This document shows, in pieces, positions 37,179 to 46,917 of a DNA stretch of 60,001 nucleotides. How positions within the stretch are numbered: the first letter of the stretch is position 1; each line of letters begins with the position of its first letter. A program made the position numbers and the translations under genes. Source of the DNA: a virus. Lineage: Duplodnaviria > Caudoviricetes. Where the stretch lies: IMG/VR virus record IMGVR_UViG_3300028610_001416, positions 1 to 60,001 of that record; one strand, 5' to 3'. The notes beneath the pieces are model-generated. The model searched no databases. It was not told where the DNA came from and saw only the letters and a list, made by a program, of their open reading frames with translations.

Positions 37179-37639
37179 TGCCGTTTGCATTGGTTAAGCC
37201 AGTAATTGATTTTAGTGTGAGATTACTTTGTATCAAAGTGTACCCTGGTCATAAGCGTGGATGTCCAAATTATGGTCGAAGAGAAAGCTGTCCACCAAAG
37301 CGGAATAAAATACATCAAATTATAAATCTTAGTCAGCCAATATATGCTATATGGAATATGTTTGATTTTTATAAGTATTGTCTACGAATGCGTTCTATTC
37401 ATCCACTGTGGACTGAACCTCAAGTTAGGTGTTGTCTGTATTGGCAGGGTGGTGCAAGAAAGCAGTTGCAACTTGAGATTTATAAATTCAGACAAGACCA
37501 CCCCAATCAAAAAATATTAAAAATTCCTGAAGCAACTGGGGTTAATGTGACTGCGACAATGGAAAGACTTGGAATAAAATTGGAGTGGCCTCCTGAGAAT
37601 TTTACTTATCAAGTGGCAATTGCCGGAAAGGGAGTTTAA
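37178..37639 (+). CDS. DUF2284-like metal-binding protein
   Basis: 'VRLLC....GCPNYG...SCPP', 'PEATGVNV..T'. Confidence 0.6.
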   Translation: MPFALVKPVIDFSVRLLCIKVYPGHKRGCPNYGRRESCPPKRNKIHQIINLSQPIYAIWNMFDFYKYCLRMRSIHPLWTEPQVRCCLYWQGGARKQLQLEIYKFRQDHPNQKILKIPEATGVNVTATMERLGIKLEWPPENFTYQVAIAGKGV

Positions 37640-38559
37640 TGGAAGAGTTATATAGGAGATGTAGACCACGAGATTTTAATGAGGTGGTAGGGCAGGATAG
37701 TGCTATAAGGAAGTTGGAAGCAGCAATTAAAAAAAATAAGGTTCCTCATTTTATTTTGTTTACTGGTCCAACTGGTTGCGGTAAAACTACAATGGCCAGG
37801 ATAATGAGGAGGAAGTTGAAATGTAGTCGCTATGATTTTATTGAAGGTGCACCGCGTAAGGTAGAAGATGTAAGGAGTATCAGGCGGAGGATGGGTCAAG
37901 CACCAATGAGGGGTGATTGCCGAATATGGTTGGTTGACGAATGCCATAAGTTGACGCCAGATGCACAGGATGAGTTTTTGAAAATGGCGGGAGAAGCTCC
38001 CAGCCATGTTTATTTTTTATTCACGACTGCTGAACCACAGAAATTAAAACCAACACTTAGGAATAGGGATACTGAAATAGTTATCAAATCGCTGAAGGAT
38101 GAAGATTTAGCGGATTTGATTGTATCTGTTTGTAAAGTGGAAAGAGTAAAGATACCAAGTGAAGTTGTTGCAAAGATTGTTGATAACAGTAATGGTTCTG
38201 CTCGCAAGGCAATGGTTTTTCTTGATTCAGTTATGAATCTAACAGGTAAAAGGGAGATGCTTGAGTCTATTGTGACGGTGACTGCTGAAACTCAAGCCAT
38301 TGCTATTGCCAGGGCACTCTTTAATCCGAGGACGAAATGGCCTGCAATGGCAAAAATTTTAAGGGAGACAAAAGGGGAGGAAGCGGAACAAATACGTTGG
38401 ATGATATTATCATATGCGGATAAGGTATTGTTGGGTGCAGGTAAATTGAGTGGGCGAGCTTATATAATTATTGATGCTTTTAGTGAGAATTTTTATAATA
38501 ATAAGTGGGCAGGATTAGATGCTGTTTGTTATGAGGTTATTGTGGGAGCGGATGAATAA
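37639..38559 (+). CDS. Clamp loader (DnaX gamma/tau-like AAA+)
   Basis: 'LYRRCRPRDFNEVVGQ', 'GPTGCGKTT', 'VDECHKL', 'FTTAEPQK'. Confidence 0.9.
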   Translation: MEELYRRCRPRDFNEVVGQDSAIRKLEAAIKKNKVPHFILFTGPTGCGKTTMARIMRRKLKCSRYDFIEGAPRKVEDVRSIRRRMGQAPMRGDCRIWLVDECHKLTPDAQDEFLKMAGEAPSHVYFLFTTAEPQKLKPTLRNRDTEIVIKSLKDEDLADLIVSVCKVERVKIPSEVVAKIVDNSNGSARKAMVFLDSVMNLTGKREMLESIVTVTAETQAIAIARALFNPRTKWPAMAKILRETKGEEAEQIRWMILSYADKVLLGAGKLSGRAYIIIDAFSENFYNNKWAGLDAVCYEVIVGADE

Positions 38560-38567
38560 AATAAATA

Positions 38568-38614
38568 GATAATTTTTCGCAAGTTACCATGGTTCGCTAC
38601 AATAATATAGTGTG
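38568..38614 (+). promoter_or_regulatory. Phage promoter-like motif B, copy 3
   Basis: gataatttttcgcaagttaccatggttcgctacaataatatag, intergenic. Confidence 0.65.
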
Positions 38615-38644
38615 TTAATAATGTACTTTTTGAAAAGGTAAGAA

Positions 38645-39151
38645 ATGAAGACAGAAGAGGAAGAATTTGATATATTTTATGTTGACATGAATCGGTTGGA
38701 AGACCAGTGTGCAGAGCATACCTTTTTATATGTTCGGTATTGCGAGCAATTGAAAGGTGCGAAGGAAGACTTAAACAAGGAAAAATCTAAACTCGATTTG
38801 GTGGCAGCAGAACAGGGCTTGCTTATTGGTAGGAGACCGGATAGATATGACCTTCCTGTTAAACCTACAGCGAAGGCGATAGCAGATACAGTGTTGACTC
38901 GTCCAAAATATAAGAAGGCACATGAAGAGTATATGAGAGTCCAAGATTTGGTTTCTTCTCTTCAAATATATGTTAATGCTTTTGAACATCGCAAAAGGAT
39001 GTTGAGTAAAGCGGTTGATTTGCATGGTCAAGGATATTTTGCCAAGCCTCATATAGCACATAGCGTGGTAAAGGAAGTAGTGGATATGTTAGAAAAGAAA
39101 AGATTGCGTAATCCTATTAAAAGTAAAAAGAAGAAGAAAAAGAAGAGGTAA
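38645..39151 (+). CDS. UvsY-like recombination mediator
   Basis: Helical; 'AFEHRKRML...L...GYF'; upstream of SSB and RecA. Confidence 0.5.
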   Translation: MKTEEEEFDIFYVDMNRLEDQCAEHTFLYVRYCEQLKGAKEDLNKEKSKLDLVAAEQGLLIGRRPDRYDLPVKPTAKAIADTVLTRPKYKKAHEEYMRVQDLVSSLQIYVNAFEHRKRMLSKAVDLHGQGYFAKPHIAHSVVKEVVDMLEKKRLRNPIKSKKKKKKKR

Positions 39152-39335
39152 TAATCGTGAGTGTTACTAAATTGATTTTATTGATATTGGGTTCAGTTTT
39201 TGTGGTACCAGCTCTTGCTTTCCTTTGTATGAAATGGGGCACGGCTGGATTCTACAAAGGAAAGGAGGCTATCAAAAGAGCCAACGAGGTTAGTAATAAT
39301 GAAGGAACAGAAAATTAACAGTTAAGGAGATTAAA

Positions 39336-40493
39336 ATGGCGAAGTCAAAGAAGAAAAAGAAAAAGGAAAAGAAAAAAAAGAAGGACACTGTAGCATCGAG
39401 AGCCAAACGCAGAGCAGAGACACATAAGGCTGGTTTTGAAAACACTGCGTTTGAAGTGCCAGATGACAAGAATCAATTGCTTTTACAAACCGATAAAACC
39501 AAGCGATTGGATATAATACCCTATACTGTTGGTGAGGGTAATCCGTGTGCTGACCCAGATGAACTTTATTATGAGAGGACATTTTTTGTCCATCGTGGTG
39601 TTGGGGCTGACCAAACTTCTTATGTCTGTCTTAGAAAGACGAACGAAGAAGCTTGTCCGATTTGTGAGTATCGTGCCTCGCTCATGAAGGACTCGGATGC
39701 AGATGAAGATGAAATCAAAGATTTGGCTCCCAAGGAAAGGCAGTTGTTTAACGTCATTGATACAAAAGACCGTAACAAAGGTGTTCAAGTATGGGAGATG
39801 TCTTTTCACCTGTTTGGCAAAAGGTTGGATAAGGAAATCAAGAATTCTGATGAAGATGACAAGTACGAGAATTTTGCCGAATTGGAAGGTGGTTTCACGC
39901 TCAAGTGTGGTGTGGAAGAGCAAAAGCAAGGTGGATACACTTTCTTTGAAGTTGTGACTATTCACTTCAAACCACGGAGCAAGGATTATGATGAAGATAT
40001 TGTCGAAGAAGCAACTTGCCTTGATGACATTCTCATTATTAAGGATTACGACGAGCTGAAGCAAATATTTCTCCAGACGGTAGGTGAAGACGGGGGTGAT
40101 GGGGAAGGCAAGAGTAGTAAGAAGAAGAAGAAAAGCAGTAAGGGTAAGGACAAGAAAGAGACAAAGAAGGATGATGACACCTGGGAAGAAAGTGACAGGG
40201 TTGTAGTTGAAATCGAAGGGGAAGACTATCCTGGTGAGATAACTGAAGTTGATGAAGACGAAGAAACGGCAACAGTTGAATTTGACGATGGGGAAATTCG
40301 GGAAGATATTCCGTTTGATGACCTCGAAGTTGAGCCAACAAAATCATCTAAGAAAAAGAAAAGCAGCAAGGACAAGGACAAGAAAGGTAAAAAGGGTAAG
40401 TGCCCAGGTGGTGGAACATTTGGTGAAGATACTGATGAACTGCCGGAATGTAAAGATTGCAAGAAATGGGATGCTTGCGATGATGTCGATTAG
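39336..40493 (+). CDS. gp32-like ssDNA-binding protein with a Tudor/KOW-like C-terminal domain
   Basis: 'FVHRGVG....YVC.......CPICE', 'QLFNVID', acidic tail; strong SD. Confidence 0.7.
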   Translation: MAKSKKKKKKEKKKKKDTVASRAKRRAETHKAGFENTAFEVPDDKNQLLLQTDKTKRLDIIPYTVGEGNPCADPDELYYERTFFVHRGVGADQTSYVCLRKTNEEACPICEYRASLMKDSDADEDEIKDLAPKERQLFNVIDTKDRNKGVQVWEMSFHLFGKRLDKEIKNSDEDDKYENFAELEGGFTLKCGVEEQKQGGYTFFEVVTIHFKPRSKDYDEDIVEEATCLDDILIIKDYDELKQIFLQTVGEDGGDGEGKSSKKKKKSSKGKDKKETKKDDDTWEESDRVVVEIEGEDYPGEITEVDEDEETATVEFDDGEIREDIPFDDLEVEPTKSSKKKKSSKDKDKKGKKGKCPGGGTFGEDTDELPECKDCKKWDACDDVD

Positions 40494-40507
40494 TGATAGT
40501 AGTTTTG

Positions 40508-40577
40508 AGGCTGGCGGTTGCCGAAAGGCTTCATTGTCTCCGTTGAGATAGTGATTCCAGAAGCCGTCAGCCTTTTT
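40508..40577 (+). other. Three-way-junction RNA element with a U-tract between ssb and recA
   Basis: ggctggcggtt/agccgtcagcc enclosing gcc-GAAA-ggc and tcattgtctc-cgtt-gagatagtga, then ttttt. Confidence 0.55.
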
Positions 40578-40589
40578 ATGGATTGTAAG

Positions 40590-41669
40590 ATGAAGAAAAT
40601 GAGTACCAAGGAAGTGAAGAATAAGATTAGGAAGAAGAGGAAAAAGAAAAAGGCACTGACCGGTAGTGATTTTTTATCTACTGGTAGTACACTTCTTAAT
40701 CTTGCTTGCACTGGTTTCCCTGAGCGTGGTTTTGCTAAGGGGAGGTATTATTTTGTTGTGGGTGATACTATTAGTGGAAAGACTTGGTTGGCACTTACTT
40801 GTTTGGCTGAAGCGTCTATCAATTCTAATTTTAAGGACTATAGATTTATCTATGATAATGTTGAGGATGGGGCTTTGATGGACATCAAAAAATATTTTGG
40901 TGAAGATGTTTTTCTAAGGATGGAATTGCCCGGTTATAATTGCTCATATAATATTCAAGAGTTTTATTACAATATGGATGATGCAATTAATGAAGGCAGA
41001 CCATTTATTTACATCTTGGATTCGATGGATAGTCTTACCTCTGAAGCAGAAGTGAAAAAATTTGATGAAAATAAAAAGGCATATAGGAAGGGAAAAGAAA
41101 CAAAGGGTTCCTATGGTGATAAAGCCAAGGTGAATTCAGCGATGTTGCGTAGGGTGGTAGGAAAATCTTTATTGAAAAGCGGTTCGATTCTTATTATTAT
41201 AAATCAAACCAGAGACAAGGTGGATGCATCACGATTCGAGTCAAAGAAGACATGCTCTGGTGGACATGCTTTGCATTTCTACGCTTGTATGGAATTGCTG
41301 TCAAGTGTTGCTGGTCAAATTAAAAAGGAAGTCAGGAAGAAAAAACGGCAAATGGGGGTAAACTGTAGAATAAGAGTTAAGAAAAATAGAGTTACAGGGA
41401 AGGATAGGACAGTAACAATTCCTATCTATCACTCGTTTGGGATAGATGATGTAGGGAGTTGTGTTGATTATCTGCTTGAAGAAGGGCATTGGAAAAAACA
41501 TAAAGATGTGATAAATGCCAAAGGCCTTGGTATTAAAGGTTCGAGGAGAAAATTGATTAGACTTGTGGAGAGGGGAGAATTGGAAAAGGATTTGCAAGAA
41601 CTGGTTAGTGATGTATGGGGTGAGATTGAGATGGCTTGTGTTATCAAAAGGAAACCGAGGTATGTATGA
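40590..41669 (+). CDS. recA: RecA/UvsX-like recombinase
   Basis: 'LSTGSTLLNLA', 'GDTISGKT', 'ILDSMDSL', 'IIINQTRD', 'SGGHALHFYA', 'KNRV'. Confidence 0.85.
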   Translation: MKKMSTKEVKNKIRKKRKKKKALTGSDFLSTGSTLLNLACTGFPERGFAKGRYYFVVGDTISGKTWLALTCLAEASINSNFKDYRFIYDNVEDGALMDIKKYFGEDVFLRMELPGYNCSYNIQEFYYNMDDAINEGRPFIYILDSMDSLTSEAEVKKFDENKKAYRKGKETKGSYGDKAKVNSAMLRRVVGKSLLKSGSILIIINQTRDKVDASRFESKKTCSGGHALHFYACMELLSSVAGQIKKEVRKKKRQMGVNCRIRVKKNRVTGKDRTVTIPIYHSFGIDDVGSCVDYLLEEGHWKKHKDVINAKGLGIKGSRRKLIRLVERGELEKDLQELVSDVWGEIEMACVIKRKPRYV

Positions 41670-41935
41670 AAAAGCAAATTGGATGGTTTGACCCTGCTAA
41701 CAAACGGCTCTGTCATGTGGATGAAAAGAAAGCAAGGCCGGGGCATCACGAGGCATGTGTTGTGCCAGCGTGGATTGATTCAACAGGAGTTAGGATGCTT
41801 GATGCTGAGGATAAACTCCTAACCATAGCATTGGCAGAAACAAATGGAAGCAGAACGGAGGCTGCAAAGCTATTAGGGATACCTATAAGAACATTACACC
41901 ACAGAATTAAAAAGAGAACGGACCAAAATGAATAA
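41636..41935 (+). CDS. Fis-type HTH protein
   Basis: 'ALAETNGSRTEAAKLLGIPIRTLHHRIKK'. Confidence 0.75.
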   Translation: MCYQKETEVCMKKQIGWFDPANKRLCHVDEKKARPGHHEACVVPAWIDSTGVRMLDAEDKLLTIALAETNGSRTEAAKLLGIPIRTLHHRIKKRTDQNE

Positions 41936-42875
41936 GAAGTGGTTATTATTAGATTGTAATTATCTTTGTCATAGGGCAAAACATGCCACGGGCAATCTAA
42001 GCCATGGGGGAGATGCAACGGGGACAATATACGGACTTTTGCAATCACTATCAGGTTTTCAAGATATATTCAATACCTCCAGATTTGTTTTTTGTTGGGA
42101 CAGCAAGTTTAACAAGCGTAAGGATTTTTATCCACGATACAAAGCTAATAGACAAAAGCAAAAGAAGGAATATACAAAAGAGGAAATCAAATTTGAAAGG
42201 GCGTTTCGGAAACAGATGCAAAAACTTCGTATGTTGTATTTACCAATGATTGGATTCAAGAACATATTTGTTCAAAAGGGATATGAGAGTGATGATATAA
42301 TGGCAGAGATTAGTTTGCATTCAATTGCGAAGGATGACGAAGCTATTATCATAACCAGTGACAAGGATTTATATCAATGTATTGAATCTAATGTTTCCAT
42401 TTTTAATCCACAAACAAATAAGATTTTGACTTATCAGGGATTTTTCAAACGATACGGAATTGAACCTATGCTTTGGTCGATGGTTAAATCGCTTGCTGGA
42501 TGCACAACGGATAATGTCAGGGGTATAGAGGGTGTTGGTGAGAAGAGAGCAGTTCAGTTTTTGCTTAATGAACTTAATCCAAATTCTGCTGCATATAAGG
42601 CAATTAAATCGTCTAAGGGTAATAGGATAAGTAATAGGAATCTTTTTCTTGTTGTGCTTCCAATGGACGGAATTAATCAGTTTGAGTTAGAGGAAGATGA
42701 GTTGTCTAAAGAGGGATGGAAGGAAGTGACAGAGATGTTAGGAATGAAATCAATTAGAGATAGAATACCATTTGGAAAAAGAAAGAAGAAGAGTGTAAGA
42801 TATGAAAAGCCTGATGATGGGCATATGAGTTTAGGTGAAGAACAAGCAATGAGGAGTTTTGGAATTCGGACTTGA
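41928..42875 (+). CDS. 5'-3' exonuclease/flap endonuclease
   Basis: 'LLLDCNYL', 'YKANR', 'GYESDD', 'SDKDLYQ', 'G..TDNVRGIEGVGEK'. Confidence 0.9.
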   Translation: MNKKWLLLDCNYLCHRAKHATGNLSHGGDATGTIYGLLQSLSGFQDIFNTSRFVFCWDSKFNKRKDFYPRYKANRQKQKKEYTKEEIKFERAFRKQMQKLRMLYLPMIGFKNIFVQKGYESDDIMAEISLHSIAKDDEAIIITSDKDLYQCIESNVSIFNPQTNKILTYQGFFKRYGIEPMLWSMVKSLAGCTTDNVRGIEGVGEKRAVQFLLNELNPNSAAYKAIKSSKGNRISNRNLFLVVLPMDGINQFELEEDELSKEGWKEVTEMLGMKSIRDRIPFGKRKKKSVRYEKPDDGHMSLGEEQAMRSFGIRT

Positions 42876-43246
42876 GTATGACGCCAACACAAAGGACATT
42901 GAAAGCATTAAGGGAGCGAGGATATAGGGCGGGTGTTGTTGAACGCTGGTTGCGATTTGCAGGACCGTTTGGCAAGCGTCAGGACTTCATCGGTTTTATA
43001 GATATTATTGCCTTTTCGGCTTTTGAGACATTAGGTGTTCAATGTTGTAGTGGTAGTGCTGCTGGGCATTACAAAAAGATTGTAGAGGAAAGGAATCAAG
43101 AATGCTACGATTGGTTGGAACTTCCAAGCCGTAGAGTAGAAATATGGGCGTGGCGTAAGGTTAAGGAAAAACGAGGTAAGCAATATAGAAAAATGATTCA
43201 TCTTCCAAAAATTGTTTCGATAACTTTGGGGGAGTTAGATGTATGA
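42872..43246 (+). CDS. PD-(D/E)XK nuclease, possible Holliday junction resolvase
   Basis: 'LRERGY...VE...QDFIGFIDIIA......VQC'. Confidence 0.55.
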   Translation: MSMTPTQRTLKALRERGYRAGVVERWLRFAGPFGKRQDFIGFIDIIAFSAFETLGVQCCSGSAAGHYKKIVEERNQECYDWLELPSRRVEIWAWRKVKEKRGKQYRKMIHLPKIVSITLGELDV

Positions 43247-43500
43247 ATAGAGCAGAAGCATTACAGCAGCGGAAGAAATTAATAAGGCTTATTAGGGAAT
43301 GGACACGGGCAGATGTGGTTAGTAGATTGGGAGCTTTTGAACGACCAGTGTGGCTTGAGGCTGCACAAACTAAGTTAGACAAAGAGGAAGAGATTAGGGA
43401 GCTTGTATTAGGAACGTCTGATTTTATTGTGTTGGGAGCCAGATGGGGATTGTTGGGGGAAAAGAAAAGTGGATGTGATGAAAGAAAGAAAAAGAAATGA
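43243..43500 (+). CDS. Hypothetical protein
   Basis: Coupled ORF with GGAG SD. Confidence 0.55.
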   Translation: MNRAEALQQRKKLIRLIREWTRADVVSRLGAFERPVWLEAAQTKLDKEEEIRELVLGTSDFIVLGARWGLLGEKKSGCDERKKKK

Positions 43501-43835
43501 TAAGATTAGATAGCCATCTTTTCGATGCTGGGGCTGAACCTGATGATATTAAAGCCCTCTATTGTTTGGGGAGGTCCCAGCAGTTTTTAAGGAGATAGTA
43601 AATGAAACTTATGTTTCCAAAGGATGACCCACGCTCGGATGGGAAACCAATTGACCCTAAGCGTCCTTGGATGTATCATGGTGCGGTTTGTCAGTTTGTT
43701 AAGAAGAATGCTTACTGTGACATCTGATGATTCTATCTATAATGGAAAACCTTATATTCCGAGGAATGTAAAAGCTGTAAGGTTTAGAAATAGCAAAGAT
43801 TATGATTTAGTGTCTGTGGAGTTTTTGAAACGCTC

Positions 43836-44060
43836 ATGATAAGAGAATTTGCTAAAGGAGAATCACAAGTAGAATTGCAAATGAGATATGGTATGAGGAT
43901 ATTTGTTCCTGGATGCACAGCCTGTGAAAAGGGGCTACTGTATGTAGCTGAAAAAATTATAAGTAATGATGAAAAAGAAATTAGAAAATTGAGGGTTTGT
44001 GGCAATTGTCAAAAAATTCTAATCAAAACTGTGGAAGATGTTTTTAATGAAAGAAAATAA
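43836..44060 (+). CDS. Small Zn-ribbon protein
   Basis: CTAC...CGNC. Confidence 0.5.
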   Translation: MIREFAKGESQVELQMRYGMRIFVPGCTACEKGLLYVAEKIISNDEKEIRKLRVCGNCQKILIKTVEDVFNERK

Positions 44061-45141
44061 AAAAATAGAGAAACTCCGGATAATAGGTTATGGAGCAAAT
44101 GAGGATATTGAGATAGAATTAGGTCCTTGGGTTACTACCATTGTGGGTAGGAGTTATATTGGAAAGAGTTGGATACTCCGTGCTTTGCGGTGGGTGGCTT
44201 TGAATAAGCCTGCTGGCACAGTTTATGTTGACGAGAAAACAGGAGAGAAAAGAATATCTTGTATAAACTGGGATTCTGAAAAAGCCAGAGTTAGGTTGTT
44301 TGTTGATGGGAGGAGTATTGTTCGGACTCGAAGTAAGAGCATTAATACTTATAAACTTAGTGGAAGGAAACAACCTTATATTGCTTTTGGAAATGATGTG
44401 CCAGAAGAGATAGCAAGAATTCTAAACCTTAAGAATATTAATTTTCAAGGACAGCATTCAACGAAGGATAATAGGATACCTTTCTGGTTTTGTGAAACTG
44501 CGGGTGAGGTGTCTCGCCAATTGAATTCAATAGTCAATTTGAAATTAATAGATAGCACTCTTGCCAATATTGCTGCTGAGATGCGGAAGGTAAATACTGT
44601 TATTGAGATAACTGAGGAAGCATTGGAGGAGGCAGTAAAGAAAAGGAGAGAATTGGATTATGTTCGAGGTTTGAACCAAGACCTCAAAAACGTAGAAAAG
44701 CTGCAAAGTCAATGTGATGAAGATTTGCGAAAACGCTCTCTACTCGGTCAAAAAATAATATTAGTACAAAACTATAGGGTAATGCAAGAAAAAGCAAGAG
44801 AACAAGCGACAGAAGGGCTAAGAGTAGTTAGATTAATAGACGAATGCACAGAAATCGCTGATTCTGTTGAAAAGCTGTCAAAACTGCTCGAATCCAGTAA
44901 AGCACTGCAAAAGGTTATAAAAGCTCGACCCCCCTCTATCTTACCCTTGGAAAGGTTTAGAAAGGATGCGGAACAAATAACCGAGCGGTGTGTTAGGTTG
45001 GATTTATTAATTGAATCAGTTAAAGATAGGAGGCAGGAGAAATGCCGGGCACAGGAAACATCAAAAGTTCTAACGAAAGAGTTAGAAAGAATTTCGCAGG
45101 GGAGGTGTCCACTATGCGGGGCAAGACTAAAGAGGTCATAG
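44038..45141 (+). CDS. SbcC/Rad50-like ATPase, N-terminal half
   Basis: Walker A 'GRSYIGKS', Q-loop region 'NFQGQH', coiled coil ending in the zinc hook 'CPLCG'. Confidence 0.8.
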   Translation: MFLMKENKKIEKLRIIGYGANEDIEIELGPWVTTIVGRSYIGKSWILRALRWVALNKPAGTVYVDEKTGEKRISCINWDSEKARVRLFVDGRSIVRTRSKSINTYKLSGRKQPYIAFGNDVPEEIARILNLKNINFQGQHSTKDNRIPFWFCETAGEVSRQLNSIVNLKLIDSTLANIAAEMRKVNTVIEITEEALEEAVKKRRELDYVRGLNQDLKNVEKLQSQCDEDLRKRSLLGQKIILVQNYRVMQEKAREQATEGLRVVRLIDECTEIADSVEKLSKLLESSKALQKVIKARPPSILPLERFRKDAEQITERCVRLDLLIESVKDRRQEKCRAQETSKVLTKELERISQGRCPLCGARLKRS

Positions 45142-46091
45142 CCATACTTTTAGCTGATATACACCTTTCGTTAAAAGCACCTGTTTGGCGTTCGGCAGAA
45201 CCTGATTGGTTACGAGCACAACTTAGGCCTTTAGATGAGGTTAAGGGGCTTCAGCTTAGATATAAATGTCCTGTTTTGTGTGCTGGTGATATATTTGACC
45301 GAAATAGAGGGATTGCTGATGGGTGGAACGCCCCTCCCGAGTTAATAAATTATGCGATGAGTCATTTGCCTAATAATATGTATTGTATTCCTGGTCAGCA
45401 TGATTTGCCTAATCATCGGTATGAAGATATTAAACGGAGTGCTTATTGGACTTTGGTTGAAGCGGGTAAAATTACAAATTTATCACCTGAAACAGATGGG
45501 GTGTCATATGGGAAAGGTATGATGAGGATTTTTGCTTTCCCTCATGGATGTCCAATTAGACCATGCAGTGTTCCAAGGATGGCGGGTAGGTTATATATAG
45601 CTGTTGTTCACGATTATGTTTGGATACCAGGTTCTTCGTATTCTGGTGCTCCCAAAGAGAAAAAGATAAGGAGTACAAAACTTCGTAACGGTAGATTGAT
45701 GGGTTACGATGTTATTGTTTATGGGGATAATCATAAAGGGTTTAAGGCAAAGATAGGGAAGACAACGATATTTAACTGTGGAACGCTGATGAGAAGGAAA
45801 TCAGATGAGATTGATTATAAACCACAGGTTGGTTTGTTGTTGAAATCAGGCATGGTTATTCCCCACTACTTGGATATATCGAAGGATAAGTATCTTCTTA
45901 CAGCAGACCCAAAGGGGGAAAGACCAGAATTGGATTTGAAATCTTTTATGGAGAAGCTTGAGAAGTTGGGTAAGACTGAGTTGGATTTTGAGGATGCAAT
46001 GGAGGAATTTATTCGTGCTGGTAAAGTTTGTATAGAGGCGGGACAAATCATATTGGAAGCTATGGAGAAAGATAATGGCAAGAAAGATTGA
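45114..46091 (+). CDS. SbcD/Mre11-like metallophosphoesterase nuclease
   Basis: 'ADIHL', 'AGDIFD', 'PGQHD', 'GDNH', 'NCGTLMRR'. Confidence 0.85.
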   Translation: MRGKTKEVIAILLADIHLSLKAPVWRSAEPDWLRAQLRPLDEVKGLQLRYKCPVLCAGDIFDRNRGIADGWNAPPELINYAMSHLPNNMYCIPGQHDLPNHRYEDIKRSAYWTLVEAGKITNLSPETDGVSYGKGMMRIFAFPHGCPIRPCSVPRMAGRLYIAVVHDYVWIPGSSYSGAPKEKKIRSTKLRNGRLMGYDVIVYGDNHKGFKAKIGKTTIFNCGTLMRRKSDEIDYKPQVGLLLKSGMVIPHYLDISKDKYLLTADPKGERPELDLKSFMEKLEKLGKTELDFEDAMEEFIRAGKVCIEAGQIILEAMEKDNGKKD

Positions 46092-46338
46092 TAAATACCT
46101 TGCGTTGAAAGAGAAGGTCGATGCGGCTAATAGTGCAGCTGACCAAGCGGAAGGTGCGGATAAGGAGGTAATGAAGCAGATAAAGAAAGAGTTTGGTTGT
46201 GCTTCATTAAGTTTAGCTGAGGTTAAATTGAGGCAGATGAGAAAACGTGGAGCATCGTCTGATAGAAAGAGAGATGCTGCTGTTGATGAATTTGAAGCAA
46301 ATTGGGCTGCAAAATTGGCGGAGGATGAGGACAATTAA
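46075..46338 (+). CDS. Coiled-coil protein of the SbcCD cluster
   Basis: Helical 87 aa between SbcD and the SbcC C-terminal half. Confidence 0.55.
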   Translation: MARKIDKYLALKEKVDAANSAADQAEGADKEVMKQIKKEFGCASLSLAEVKLRQMRKRGASSDRKRDAAVDEFEANWAAKLAEDEDN

Positions 46339-46917
46339 ATGTTGGACTTAGTTAAAACCAGAAAAAGGGTAGACAGCTTGCTCAGTGATTTAAGGACTGC
46401 GAGGAGGGTGTGTGCAGAGGAACGTGAGAAGCTGACTGAGGCTGAAGACCGTCGAACGTATATAGAGGAGGCACAGTGGGGGGCTCAGCTGGTAGCAAAG
46501 GAGGTTCAGCAGCGAGCTCACAAGCGTATAGCGGGGGTGGTTGACACTGGTCTTAAAACTGTCTTTGTTGGTGAGGATGTTTATGGATTTAGAATTCGCT
46601 TTGACCGAAAGAGGGGGAAGACAGATGCAGTCTTAATTCTTATTAAAAACGGGCACGAGGTAGCAGACCCATTAAATGAAGACAGTGGTGGAGTGGTTGA
46701 TGTTGCTGCTTTTATATTACGCACTTCTTGCATCGTTCTTGCTAAACCTAATCTGCGTCGGTTCTTAGCCCTCGACGAACCATTTAAGTTTGTAAGTAAG
46801 GAATATCGAAATAATGTAAGGCTGCTGCTGGAAGGGTTGTCAAAGGATTTCAGATTTCAGTATCTAATGGTAACCCACGAACCAGCTTACCATATAGGAA
46901 AGGTAATTGAATTATGA
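46339..46917 (+). CDS. SbcC/Rad50-like ATPase, C-terminal half
   Basis: Signature 'SGG', Walker B 'ALDEPF', H-loop 'MVTH'. Confidence 0.85.
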   Translation: MLDLVKTRKRVDSLLSDLRTARRVCAEEREKLTEAEDRRTYIEEAQWGAQLVAKEVQQRAHKRIAGVVDTGLKTVFVGEDVYGFRIRFDRKRGKTDAVLILIKNGHEVADPLNEDSGGVVDVAAFILRTSCIVLAKPNLRRFLALDEPFKFVSKEYRNNVRLLLEGLSKDFRFQYLMVTHEPAYHIGKVIEL

